Shown one piece after another: positions 49,304 to 59,223 of a stretch of DNA of 64,000 bases. The position numbers were made by a program, and so were the translations under genes. Under the pieces are notes generated by a model. It had not been told where the DNA came from. It did no database searches and saw only the letters and a program-made list of their open reading frames with translations. This stretch comes from Capsulimonadales bacterium (lineage in GTDB: Bacteria > Armatimonadota > Armatimonadia > Armatimonadales > Armatimonadaceae), in the NCBI GenBank assembly GCA_033762295.1, contig JANRLW010000062.1, positions 1 to 64,000 of the forward strand. The letters run 5' to 3'. Position 1 is the stretch's first letter. Every line of letters begins with the position of its first letter.

Positions 49304-50241
49304 AAAAAGAACTCGGTCTCCTGATATTGCTCGTCGTGCTCTGTGGAACGGTCGCCCTCCTCAACCATGACTTCCTCAGCGCGGTCAACCTGCAAAACAC
49401 CGCGCGACTGATCGGGATGTACGGCATCTTCAGCCTCGGGCTGGGATTCGTCATCATCACCGGCGGCATCGACCTCTCCGTCGGCTCGGTCCTTGCCCTG
49501 CTCGGCGTTCTTCTCTCAATGGCGCTGACCGAATGGCGCTGGCCCGCCGCCGTCGCCGTCCTGTTCATCGTCCTGATGGGGGTCTTTCTCGGAACGATCC
49601 ACGGTCTGTTTATCACCCGCGTCAAACTGCAGCCGTTTATCGTCACCCTGTGCGGCCTGCTATTCTATCGGGGGCTGGCTCGCTTCATCTCGCGTGACGA
49701 GACCAAGGGGTTCGGCGACGCTTCCGGGTTCAAGGGACTGCAGGAAGCGCTGACCGGGAAAATTTTCGGCGTCCCGATGCCGTTCGTCTTCCTGTTGTTC
49801 CTGGCCGCGATCCTCGCCGTGGTGCTGCACCGCTCGGTCTACGGGCGACATCTGCTGGCTCTCGGGCGCAACGAGGAGGCCGCCCGGTATGTCGGCATCG
49901 CGACCGACCGGATCACGCTCAGTGTCTACGTCCTGTCGGGCGGGTTAGCCGGCGTCGCCGCTCTGTTCGTCGCCTTCTATACCAATTCGGTCTCGCCCTC
50001 GTCCCACGGTAATTTCTATGAACTGTACGGCATCGCGGCGGCGGTTCTGGGCGGATGTTCGCTTCGGGGAGGCGAGGGGTCGGTCGGCGGCATCCTGATC
50101 GGCACGGCCCTGCTTCAGGTGCTGCAGAATCTGGTCAACCTGCTGGGCATCCCGTCGTCGCTCAACTTCGCCGTTATGGGAGCGGTGATTCTGATCGGGG
50201 TTACTCTGGACCAATTGCTCTCGAAACGTCGGAAAGCATAG
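49300..50241 (+). CDS. Sugar ABC permease (RbsC-like)
   Basis: TGGIDLSVG, PFIVTL and YELYGIAAAVLGG; ATGA overlap. Confidence 0.93.
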   Translation: MKKELGLLILLVVLCGTVALLNHDFLSAVNLQNTARLIGMYGIFSLGLGFVIITGGIDLSVGSVLALLGVLLSMALTEWRWPAAVAVLFIVLMGVFLGTIHGLFITRVKLQPFIVTLCGLLFYRGLARFISRDETKGFGDASGFKGLQEALTGKIFGVPMPFVFLLFLAAILAVVLHRSVYGRHLLALGRNEEAARYVGIATDRITLSVYVLSGGLAGVAALFVAFYTNSVSPSSHGNFYELYGIAAAVLGGCSLRGGEGSVGGILIGTALLQVLQNLVNLLGIPSSLNFAVMGAVILIGVTLDQLLSKRRKA

Positions 50242-50300
50242 CGAAAGCGGGAGTTTGGCAAGTGAACCGGGGCAGGAGTTCCCTCCGCCCCGGTCGATAC

Positions 50301-51095
50301 CTACGCCGAACGGCGACGGCGGGCGAACCACAGACCGGCGGCCATCGGCAGCATCAGCGCCAGGCTGTCCGCTTCCGGCGCGGCGGCCGTGATCGTGCGC
50401 AGACCGGTGATGAACGTGGTATTCTCTCCGCCGTTCGCCAGACCGGGCGTCACGTCGCCGGTGGCGACCCCGGTCGTCCAGTTGGCCGTATTGGTGATTC
50501 CGGCGAGGCTTCCGTTGAAGACATAGCCCGTGTTATTGGTGCTCGCGCCGAAATCGACATCCGCCGCCGGGGTAAATCCCCCCACGGTCGTTCCGATATC
50601 GATCCCGAAACCGTCCGCGGAAATCGTTGCACCGGTCGCAACGGTATCGACCCAGACCACGTCGTTGGCGGCGATATCTCCGGTGTTGCCCGTGTTCGCG
50701 TTCGGCAGGAAACTCCCGTTACCGGTCAGAAGCAGGCTCCAGTCGCCCGCCGTCGGGTCATAGGAAGTATCCTGAGCGAAACGCCCGGTTCCGCCGACGG
50801 CGATAATCGTCCCTTTTCGGAAGATCGACGCGATCGATCCCATGTTGGTGAACTCGTACGCCGCAAACTTGTTGTTCTTCGCGGTAGTCGAATCCCCGAC
50901 AAAGAAGGTTTCCAGTTCGGTCGACGTCAGGTCCTCAATCAGGAGCAGTTCGATGTATTCATCGCCGGTTCCCTGCAGCGTCCCACCACGGTAGAACTCA
51001 TTGATGACGATCTTCTGCGCCCGCGCGGCCGACATCGGGCCGATGCAGAGCGTGACCGCGGCCAGAGCGGCAAATCCCATCCGGCTTTTCAACAT
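50301..51095 (-). CDS. Secreted PEP-CTERM-like sorting-domain protein with lamin-tail-like N-terminus
   Basis: Signal peptide; IVINEF...DEYIEL; C-terminal APEADSLALMLPMAAGLWFARRRRSA. Confidence 0.75.
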   Translation of the reverse strand: MLKSRMGFAALAAVTLCIGPMSAARAQKIVINEFYRGGTLQGTGDEYIELLLIEDLTSTELETFFVGDSTTAKNNKFAAYEFTNMGSIASIFRKGTIIAVGGTGRFAQDTSYDPTAGDWSLLLTGNGSFLPNANTGNTGDIAANDVVWVDTVATGATISADGFGIDIGTTVGGFTPAADVDFGASTNNTGYVFNGSLAGITNTANWTTGVATGDVTPGLANGGENTTFITGLRTITAAAPEADSLALMLPMAAGLWFARRRRSA

Positions 51096-51335
51096 AGATT
51101 GGCACCCCGTCATTCGTATTTTGTGCGGCAATAATGGCGAAACCGGCGTTTTTTCACGCAGGTTTGCGCCGGGCGCACTCCGACGATTATACCCATCGCT
51201 CCCTCGGGGGTGACCTACGAAATATTAACAAAAGATTAAATTTCCGAAGACTTCATTGGACTCGCGACACCGCGGAAACACGTCCGGCACGCAGGAAACC
51301 TTTTCCCCACGGGTGAAATTGACAGCGATAACGCC

Positions 51336-52790
51336 ATGACCCGTCGACAATTTCTGGCCGCCTCCGTACTGGCAACGCATATGAAGAATCCTGCGCCCGC
51401 TCCCTATGGTATTCTGCCGTCCGAACGTCAGCTGCGCTGGCATACGCTGGAGTACTACGGCTTCCTGCACTTCACCACGAATACCTTCACCGACCGGGAA
51501 TGGGGATATGGCGACGAAGACCCCGCCGTCTTCGCCCCGACCGATTTCGACGCCGACCGGATCGCCGCCGTCGCGCACGAAGTCGGACTGCGCGGACTGA
51601 TCCTGACCGCGAAACATCACGACGGTTTCTGCCTCTGGCCGACGAAAACGACGACGCACAATGTGACCCTCAGTCCGTTCCGGGACGGCAAGGGGGATGT
51701 CGTCCGTGAGATGGCGGACGCCTGTCGGCGACACCGGGTCAAATTCGGCGTTTACCTGTCCCCCTGGGACCGGAACCACCCGCACTACGGAGAGCCGAAG
51801 TATGTCGATGTCTACCGGGAACAGCTCAGGGAACTGCTGACGAACTACGGCGAACTGTTCGAAATCTGGCACGACGGAGCGAACGGAGGCGACGGGTACT
51901 ACGGAGGCGTGCGCGAGAAACGGCAGATCGATCGGCGAACGTATTACGGCTGGGAGGAGACCTGGGCGATGGCTCGCGAACTCCAGCCCAACGCCGTCAT
52001 CTTTTCCGATGTCGGTCCCGATATCCGCTGGGTCGGCAACGAAAACGGAATTGCCGGGGAACCCTGCTGGGCAACCTACGATCCGGTCGGTGAGGACGGA
52101 GGCCCGCCCGCGCCGGGGTATACCCGGTGGCAGGAGGCCCCGCAAGGACACCGGAACCGCGGACGCTGGCTCCCCGCCGAATGCGACGTCAGCATCCGAC
52201 CCGGCTGGTTCTGGCATGAATCGGAAAACGATCGGGTGCGGACCCCGGAGAACCTGCTGGACCTCTACTTCCGGTCGGTCGGACGGGGCGGTTCCCTGCT
52301 GCTCAACATCCCGCCGGACCGACGCGGCCACTGGCATGAAAACGATGTCGCCGCCCTGCGCGGGTTCAAAAAACTCCGGGATTCCGTCTTCGGGCGAGAC
52401 CTGGCCCGAACCGCAACGGCGACGGCGAGCCATGTCCGGGCCGGAGATCGCCGCTTCGATCCGCGCAACCTCCTCAACGGCAAACCGGACACCTACTGGA
52501 CGACCGACGACGACGCGTCGAATCCGACCGTAACGCTGACTCTGAAAAAGCCCGCCCCGTTCAACGTCGTCCGCCTCCGCGAGTATCTGCCCCTCGGTCA
52601 GCGAGTGGACACGTTTGCGATCGATATCCGGGAGAACGACGGCTGGAAGGAGGTGGCGCAGGCGGAGGGGATCGGTAGCTGTCGGATGGTTCGCATCCCG
52701 ACGGTCACCGTCGACCAGGTTCGTCTGCGCATCGTCAAAGCGGCCGCCTGCCCGGCTCTCACCGAGTTCGGGCTATTCGCCGCCCCCTGA
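51336..52790 (+). CDS. Alpha-L-fucosidase (GH29) with C-terminal F5/8-like domain
   Basis: TRRQFL Tat signal; TAKHHDGFCLW, YLSPWDR, WHDGA, ECDVSIRPGWF and LLLNIPP. Confidence 0.92.
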   Translation: MTRRQFLAASVLATHMKNPAPAPYGILPSERQLRWHTLEYYGFLHFTTNTFTDREWGYGDEDPAVFAPTDFDADRIAAVAHEVGLRGLILTAKHHDGFCLWPTKTTTHNVTLSPFRDGKGDVVREMADACRRHRVKFGVYLSPWDRNHPHYGEPKYVDVYREQLRELLTNYGELFEIWHDGANGGDGYYGGVREKRQIDRRTYYGWEETWAMARELQPNAVIFSDVGPDIRWVGNENGIAGEPCWATYDPVGEDGGPPAPGYTRWQEAPQGHRNRGRWLPAECDVSIRPGWFWHESENDRVRTPENLLDLYFRSVGRGGSLLLNIPPDRRGHWHENDVAALRGFKKLRDSVFGRDLARTATATASHVRAGDRRFDPRNLLNGKPDTYWTTDDDASNPTVTLTLKKPAPFNVVRLREYLPLGQRVDTFAIDIRENDGWKEVAQAEGIGSCRMVRIPTVTVDQVRLRIVKAAACPALTEFGLFAAP

Positions 52791-52829
52791 ACGGACCGAC
52801 CGGGCGACCCGCCGCCCGGCAGGGTTCTC

Positions 52830-53267
52830 TCAGTGCGTCTGACAGCTTCGACAGGTCAGGCAGAGATACTGGTTGAACAGATGCGCGCCGGCCACGATCA
52901 GTCCGCCGACCACGACCGCCGGAACGCCCCAGGGACCGATATGGCGGCTTTCGAGGATACGCCCGACCGAGGCAAGGCCGATACCGACGCTCAAAAGCGT
53001 CAGGGCGCGGCGCGAACGATGGGTACGGAATCCCAGACAGAGCGAAACGATACCGACCGTCGCCGAAAGCGCGAGCAGCCCCCATTCCACCCGTTCGTCC
53101 GCCAGGAAGGAAAGACCGATCAACGGAAGCAGGGTGACCACGAGCGGCATCAACGCGCAGTGAACCGCGCAGGCGATCGACGCCGTGGCTCCGACCCTGT
53201 CCAGAACATCGACGGTCGCTGTCGGCCGATCGGCCGCGGGCTTTTCCGGATTCGCTCTTCCTTCCAT
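52830..53267 (-). CDS. MerC-domain membrane protein
   Basis: LDRVGATASIACAVHC; four TMs; C-terminal CxxCxxC. Confidence 0.85.
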   Translation of the reverse strand: MEGRANPEKPAADRPTATVDVLDRVGATASIACAVHCALMPLVVTLLPLIGLSFLADERVEWGLLALSATVGIVSLCLGFRTHRSRRALTLLSVGIGLASVGRILESRHIGPWGVPAVVVGGLIVAGAHLFNQYLCLTCRSCQTH

Positions 53268-53281
53268 AAGACCCCCCCCAG

Positions 53282-53298
53282 ATGCAAACTGATTACAT
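53282..53298. promoter_or_regulatory. Putative Fur/Zur-type operator
   Basis: Near-palindrome ATGCAA-N5-TTACAT just upstream of the MerC-domain gene. Confidence 0.45.
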
Positions 53299-53477
53299 TT
53301 ATACCATCGGCGGCCCGATTTTGCACATACTACTTTTTCGCGCGGTTTATCATCGCCAATAATTCACAACAACAAATAAAATGCGCGAAAAGCGCCCTTC
53401 GGAGTGCGCCGTGTGCGCCCCTCACCGCAGATGTGCCATAATCAGGGAATGCGGGTCAACCCCGTCGGTTTCGAATC

Positions 53478-54134
53478 ATGGCCTACCTGCAATCCCTGCT
53501 TCACGAAATCCTGCGCAGCATGACGCCCCTGGAACTGGTCGCGGCGGCGACCAGCCTCCTCTGCGTCTACCTGACCGTGCGGAATAACATATGGAACTGG
53601 TTCTGGGGCTTTATCGGCGTTATTCTCTACGGTTGGATCTTCTGGCAATACCGCAATTATGCTAACACCGGACTGCAAATTCTGTACTTTCTGCCGATTC
53701 AGTTTTATGGATGGCGGGTCTGGCTCAAGGGCAACCCGGCGCAGGACGACGCCCTCCCGATCTCCGTCCTCAGTAACCGGGAACGGGTCCTCTGGACCGG
53801 CGCGATGGCCGCACTGACCATGGCCCTCTATTTCGTGTTGCTGCGGACCAACGATCCCCTGCCCTTCGCCGATGGCCTGACCACGGCGATGAGTATCGTC
53901 GCCCAGTATCTTCAGGTCCATAAACGTTTCGAAAACTGGCTGATCTGGATCGCCGCCGACCTGATCTATGCCTTCTACATCTTTCCCGTACAACATCTTT
54001 ATGTGTCTATGGGACTGTATATTGTCTTCACCGTCCTGGCGACGCTCGGCGCGATTCAATGGTGGCGATTGTACCGGACGCAGCGGGAACCCGATTTGAC
54101 GGAGACGCCCAACGGGGATAAAACAGGGGTATGA
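53478..54134 (+). CDS. pnuC: PnuC-family vitamin transporter (nicotinamide riboside type)
   Basis: NIWNW..G, QFYGW..W, DGLTTAMSIVAQYL and ENWLIWIAAD. Confidence 0.88.
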   Translation: MAYLQSLLHEILRSMTPLELVAAATSLLCVYLTVRNNIWNWFWGFIGVILYGWIFWQYRNYANTGLQILYFLPIQFYGWRVWLKGNPAQDDALPISVLSNRERVLWTGAMAALTMALYFVLLRTNDPLPFADGLTTAMSIVAQYLQVHKRFENWLIWIAADLIYAFYIFPVQHLYVSMGLYIVFTVLATLGAIQWWRLYRTQREPDLTETPNGDKTGV

Positions 54135-54766
54135 CTACCATCCCTCCCGCCGGGAAGCAGGGAGACACGCTTCCCGATACCTCCGGCGGAACCGAACACT
54201 ATATCCGGGACTACTTCTCCGGTTTGAAGGCCCTGCTCGAAGCGGTCGATGCGACCGTCATCACCCGGATCGTGGACATTCTCCTCGACGCGTACCGCAA
54301 CGACCGCCGCCTGGTCATGTGCGGCAACGGAGGTTCCGGTTCCACCTCCTCGCACATGATCTGTGATTTTCAAAAGAACATCCTTCTGGACGGCGGAAAA
54401 CCGTTCGAAGCCATCGCTCTGACCGACTCTCCGGCCCTGCTGTCCGCCTGGGGGAACGATACCTCCTTCGAGAACATCTTTGCCGGGCAGGCGCGGACCT
54501 GGCTGCGCAAGGACGATGTGCTGATCGCCATTTCGGGGTCCGGTAACTCCCCCAATATTCTCAAAGCGGTGGAGACGGCCAACGAAATCGGCGCATTTAC
54601 CATCGGCTTCTGCGGCTACGGCGGCGGGAAACTGGCCGGACAGGTACAACTGGCCGTCATCGTCGATCGGCGCAACATGCAGCAGGTGGAAGACCTCCAC
54701 ATGATTCTGGGACACGTGGTCTACTCCGCTCTCCGTGACCGGATCAAAGGCATTCTGGTCGCCTGA
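54131..54766 (+). CDS. gmhA: D-sedoheptulose-7-phosphate isomerase (SIS domain)
   Basis: CGNGGS, AWGND, ISGSGNSPNI and QQVEDLH...H. Confidence 0.85.
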   Translation: MTTIPPAGKQGDTLPDTSGGTEHYIRDYFSGLKALLEAVDATVITRIVDILLDAYRNDRRLVMCGNGGSGSTSSHMICDFQKNILLDGGKPFEAIALTDSPALLSAWGNDTSFENIFAGQARTWLRKDDVLIAISGSGNSPNILKAVETANEIGAFTIGFCGYGGGKLAGQVQLAVIVDRRNMQQVEDLHMILGHVVYSALRDRIKGILVA

Positions 54767-54768
54767 GT

Positions 54769-55335
54769 ATGTCACGACCGGCGGTATTTCTGGACCGGGA
54801 CGGCGTTCTGAACGTCTATTTACCGGAGGATTACGTCAAGACCTCGGACGAACTGATCCTGCTTCCGGGCATCGGCGCGGCGATCGCCCGATTGAACCGC
54901 GCGGGTCTGCCCGTCTTCATCATCTCCAACCAGCAGGGCGTCGGCAAGGGATTGATGACCGAGGACGACCTGACCGCGATCGACCGCGCGCTGTGTGTCG
55001 AGATCGGACGGACGGGCGGCTCGATCGAGCGGTCCTACTACTGTACCGCCCTTGCCTCCGAGAACAGCGAGGAGCGAAAGCCGCGGCCGGGCATGTTGCT
55101 GCGCGCGGCCCGCGAACACGACCTGGACCTGTCGGCGTCGGTGTTTGTCGGCGACACGGAGACGGACGCCCTGGCCGCCCGCGCCGCCGGGGTCGGCCAT
55201 TTCGTTCTGGTGCTCACCGGCAAGCACCGGACCGCCGACATCGCCGCGAACCCGGCCCGTTTTCCGCACCCCCCCGATCACGTCGCGGCGGACCTGGCGT
55301 CCGCCGTCGACTGGATTCTCACTCGGACCCGCTGA
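54769..55335 (+). CDS. gmhB: D,D-heptose-1,7-bisphosphate phosphatase (HAD IIIA)
   Basis: FLDRDGVLN, SNQQGVG, RKPRPGML and VGDTETD. Confidence 0.88.
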   Translation: MSRPAVFLDRDGVLNVYLPEDYVKTSDELILLPGIGAAIARLNRAGLPVFIISNQQGVGKGLMTEDDLTAIDRALCVEIGRTGGSIERSYYCTALASENSEERKPRPGMLLRAAREHDLDLSASVFVGDTETDALAARAAGVGHFVLVLTGKHRTADIAANPARFPHPPDHVAADLASAVDWILTRTR

Positions 55336-57541
55336 CCGCGACCGCCTTGCTCCGCTGACGCGCCTGAAGAATGACTTCGCCGAGCAGGATATAGGTCTGT
55401 TTGTCCGCCTTACCCAGGCTGATCACCTGACGCAGGGCGGTCTCCGCCCGCGCGAAATCGCCTCGCCGTATGTAAAGGTCTCCCAGCTGACGGTACTTCT
55501 CTCCGTCCGGTGGCGACAGTTCCAGGTACTTTTCCAGCGCTTCCTGTTCGTTCTCGAACTGCCCTTTCTCCCGGTAGAGTTCGGCCAGACGCCGATACGC
55601 TTCGGGATTGTTCGGGTCGGTAATCAACGCCTTATCGAACAGCGCCTCCGCCTCTTTCATCCCCTGTTCTTCGAATTTCAGGTTCAGACTGCCGAGGCTG
55701 AGCAGGGTCGGCGTATGATGGGCGTCGATCTCCTGAACGATTCTGGTGAAGACCTCCTTCGCCTCCTCCCGATTTCCACGGGCCAGAAGCGCCTCGCCCA
55801 GCGCATGATGCGCTCCCAGGTGCTTGATGCCCTCCGGAAGCTGAATGGCCTTCCGCAAAAGTCGGATGGCGGTAGGATAGTCGGCGTTCTGCTGAACCAG
55901 CAGGGTCGCCGTTTCATACTGGGCCAGGAAACTTTTCGGCAGCAGACGCGCCGCCGACTGATAGTAGGTGAGGGATTTTTCGAACTCGCTGCGGGCTCGC
56001 AGTTCCTGGGCCAGCCGAAGGAACATCGGCCCGTCCTTCGGGTTCTGCTCCACGGCGCGTTCCCAGAGCATCAGGGCGACGTCGTTGACCCGCTCCTCCC
56101 CGGTATAGGCCTTGGCCAGCGCATCGATCATCTCCGGCGACGCCTCACCCCGTCGGAACATCTCCTCCCAGAGACGCAGCGCGGGAACCCGCCGTGTTCC
56201 GACGTAGGCATTGTTCACCAGGTAAGCGGCGGCCAGCACCGCTTCGAGTCCCGCCTCCGGGGAGCCACCTTCGATCGCGCGTTCGTACACCTCCACCGCC
56301 TTCATGGAGTAGTCGGCGCGCAACATCAGCACCCGGGCGTACCAGCCCCAGAGTTCCCGATCCTCCGGGCACAGTTTGGTCGTCCGGTCGAACAGGTCCG
56401 TCGTTGCCTCGTCGGAACGTTTTTCGGTCGCGTACGCGACGGCAAGGGCACGCACGACCTGCACCCAGTTCCAGCGATGCGCCTGAAAACGGGGCATCAG
56501 GATTTCCTCACGCTCCAGCGCTTTTTCGAGGAACGGAATGGTCTCGTCATCGTGCGCCCGGTTTCTTCGCCGGATATAGGACGCCAGGTAGCCCGCTTCC
56601 AGATCCCGATCCTCCGGATGCATCGCATACGCTTTGCGATACGTTTCGAGGGTGGAGTCATCCGCGCGGTTCAATGCCAGGAAGGTCTGCGCGAGGCGGA
56701 CGGTCCATCGGTTCGCCTCCTCCCCGCTGCCCTGCGCCTCGCACTGCGCGATCATTCGCGCGTAGATCGCGCAGGCGTTGGCGTCCCGGCGGACGTGATC
56801 ATGGTAGGCGCGGGCCAGAAAGGCGTTATTCTCCTCATCCTCGGGCGCGTTGACGAACAAAAAGCGGTAAACCGTCTCGGCGGTCGTGTCCTGTCGTCCG
56901 GTCGAACGATAGGCGGCGGCGATATAGCGTGCGAACGCCATCCGATCCGGGGAGGTCTCCGCGCACTCCTCGAGCGCCTCCTCAACCAGGGTAACTCGCT
57001 CCGGCGTCAGAATGTCGGACTCATTCAGATAGATCCGTGCCAGTTCGGCACGAAGTCTTTCCGGTTTCAGGGAGAACTTTCGCCAGTAGGGAGAGCGTTT
57101 CCGTTCCGGTTCCAGCACGCGCGCATACGCGTCACGACGGATCGTCACATCGTCGAGCTGCCCGCTCGCGCACAGAGCGGCGATATAAAACCCCGCTCGC
57201 TCGTCGTCCGGAAACGACTGAAAGGCGAGGCGGTAGTGATCCGCATAGGCGGCGCAGTACCGCCCCGCTTCCATGTCGCACCAGAGCAGGCAGAGAGCGA
57301 TCTTTCCCCGGACGTCCGCGCCGGCTGACGGTAGGGCGGCCGCGTAGAAGCCGGCTTTATCCGGTTCGATCGGCGGAATCGGCGCGCGAGCCCAGTTGAC
57401 GGCCATGGCCGGACCGGTCACTCGCTGCCAGGCGGAGATGCTCTCCGCCACCGGCATCAATCCGGCGGGAACTCCCGCCCGTGCGGTCTTCGGGCGAGCA
57501 GCGGAAGCGGCATTATCGTCGGACGCGCTCTTTGCTATCAT
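55319..57541 (-). CDS. Large cytoplasmic tetratricopeptide-repeat protein
   Basis: Many TPR-like units (EALFDKALITDPNNPEAYRRLAELY); no signal peptide. Confidence 0.8.
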   Translation of the reverse strand: MIAKSASDDNAASAARPKTARAGVPAGLMPVAESISAWQRVTGPAMAVNWARAPIPPIEPDKAGFYAAALPSAGADVRGKIALCLLWCDMEAGRYCAAYADHYRLAFQSFPDDERAGFYIAALCASGQLDDVTIRRDAYARVLEPERKRSPYWRKFSLKPERLRAELARIYLNESDILTPERVTLVEEALEECAETSPDRMAFARYIAAAYRSTGRQDTTAETVYRFLFVNAPEDEENNAFLARAYHDHVRRDANACAIYARMIAQCEAQGSGEEANRWTVRLAQTFLALNRADDSTLETYRKAYAMHPEDRDLEAGYLASYIRRRNRAHDDETIPFLEKALEREEILMPRFQAHRWNWVQVVRALAVAYATEKRSDEATTDLFDRTTKLCPEDRELWGWYARVLMLRADYSMKAVEVYERAIEGGSPEAGLEAVLAAAYLVNNAYVGTRRVPALRLWEEMFRRGEASPEMIDALAKAYTGEERVNDVALMLWERAVEQNPKDGPMFLRLAQELRARSEFEKSLTYYQSAARLLPKSFLAQYETATLLVQQNADYPTAIRLLRKAIQLPEGIKHLGAHHALGEALLARGNREEAKEVFTRIVQEIDAHHTPTLLSLGSLNLKFEEQGMKEAEALFDKALITDPNNPEAYRRLAELYREKGQFENEQEALEKYLELSPPDGEKYRQLGDLYIRRGDFARAETALRQVISLGKADKQTYILLGEVILQARQRSKAVAVSGSE

Positions 57542-57980
57542 TTCGGAACCGTTACCTCTCCCATTGTTGCGTAACGCCGAATTCTCGGTCCGTACCTTCG
57601 GCCGCGCCGGATGGCCGGCGGACGCGAACCTGGGTTAACGGACCAGGAATTAACACCCCTACCCGTTTGTACAACTATTCATGCAAAAAGGCAGGTACTC
57701 CTGCACAATAGGAGTTATTCCTGAACATTTCCGTTGGTTTTTTCGGTTTTTGCGGATAGACATAACCGTTATTTGTTGTCGGATTGACGAATCGACAACT
57801 GCATAGGAAAATACGTCCGCGCGACCCAACTTTTTCGACGATTTCGCCTGACCGCCGTCGGCCACAGGCAATCGCCGTCAAACCATCGTAAAATCGCCAG
57901 GAAAAGACCAATGCCTCCCTGCAGTTCCGTATCGGCCCTTCCGAAAATGGCCTTGGTGCGGACGGAAAGCGCACGAATTT

Positions 57981-58958
57981 ATGATCATCACCCAGACGCC
58001 GCTGCGAATCTCGTTCGCCGGGGGCGGCACCGACTTCCGAAAATATTACGAACGAGCGGGCGGCGCCGTCCTTTCGACCGCGATCGATAAGTATATCTAC
58101 GTCATCATCAAGGAGCGATTCGACCGCAAACTGCGCATCGGCTACTCACGGACCGAGATGACCGACTCGGTCGACGAAATCGAGCACGAACTGGTCCGGG
58201 AATCGCTGCGCCGGGTCGGCATCGACGCCGGTGTGGAGGTGGCGACCATGGCCGATATCCCGTCCGAAGGGTCCGGTCTGGGTTCCTCTTCCGCCGTCAC
58301 GGTCGGTCTGCTTCATGCCATGTATACCTACCAGGGAGAACTGGTAACCCCGGAACGGCTCGCCCGCGAAGCGTGCGAGATCGAAATCGATGTTCTCGGA
58401 AAGCCGATCGGAAAACAGGATCAGTACATCGCCGCCTACGGCGGTCTCCGCCGGATCCGCTTCCGTCCGGATGAAACGGTCGAGGTCGAACGGGTCCCCT
58501 GTTCGGAGGAGCAGCGGCGGCGGCTCGGTGAGAATCTCCTCCTGTTTTACACCGGCATCGCGCGCAAGGCTGACACGATCCTTTCGGAACAGCAGGACAA
58601 CATCGAACGACGCCGGGAGACGCTGGATCGCCTGCACCAGCAGACGGAGGAAATTTACGAAGCATTGACCGGCGAGAACCTGATGCGGGTCGGGCGCATT
58701 CTGGCGGAAGGCTGGCGTCACAAGCGGCAGCTTGCGGAACGGATCACCAACCCGGAGATCGATTCGATGTACGATCGTGCGCTCGATGCCGGGGCGGTCG
58801 GCGGGAAGATCGCCGGAGCGGGCGGCGGCGGGTTTCTTCTTTTGCTCTGCCCTCCCGACCGACAGGCCGCCGTCCGCCAGGCGCTCAAATCGCTCCGCGA
58901 ACTGCCGTTCGCTCCCGAACGCGACGGCACCAAAGTGATCTTCAACGCCCGGCGTTGA
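57981..58958 (+). CDS. hddA: D-glycero-alpha-D-manno-heptose-7-phosphate kinase (GHMP)
   Basis: [27 protein letters not shown] and [11 protein letters not shown]. Confidence 0.85.
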   Translation: MIITQTPLRISFAGGGTDFRKYYERAGGAVLSTAIDKYIYVIIKERFDRKLRIGYSRTEMTDSVDEIEHELVRESLRRVGIDAGVEVATMADIPSEGSGLGSSSAVTVGLLHAMYTYQGELVTPERLAREACEIEIDVLGKPIGKQDQYIAAYGGLRRIRFRPDETVEVERVPCSEEQRRRLGENLLLFYTGIARKADTILSEQQDNIERRRETLDRLHQQTEEIYEALTGENLMRVGRILAEGWRHKRQLAERITNPEIDSMYDRALDAGAVGGKIAGAGGGGFLLLLCPPDRQAAVRQALKSLRELPFAPERDGTKVIFNARR

Positions 58959-59223
58959 ACCGGACCGCCGGAGAGGCAACGGAATCGTCCGGGAATCGGG
59001 CACCCGAATCAGGCACCCGGTGAAAGTGCGTTTTTTTGCCCTCAGGTGCGGGAACAACAGGTTTTAGTCTACTGAAGTTCGGGAAGAATCATGAGGGCAA
59101 GTATATACCAGAGGGCTACAGGACATTTGATCCGGGGACACCGACGTTCCGCTTTGTCGCCCCTGTCCGGGGCCGGGGCCTGGCGGACGGGAACGAATCC
59201 ATGCAAGCAGGAGACGACTAGCG

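Noticed and set aside
52830..53267. Mercury-resistance operon
   Set aside because: No merA, merR, merP or merT in the window.
53400..53477. Vitamin or NAD riboswitch before pnuC
   Set aside because: A CATAAT -10 box leaves only about 30 nt of leader with one small hairpin and no recognisable aptamer.
927..57328. Long antisense or alternate-frame ORFs (e.g. 927-2327, 12609-14180, 14625-16418, 46441-47904, 54995-57328)
   Set aside because: They shadow well-supported genes, lack motifs, and are expected in high-GC DNA.
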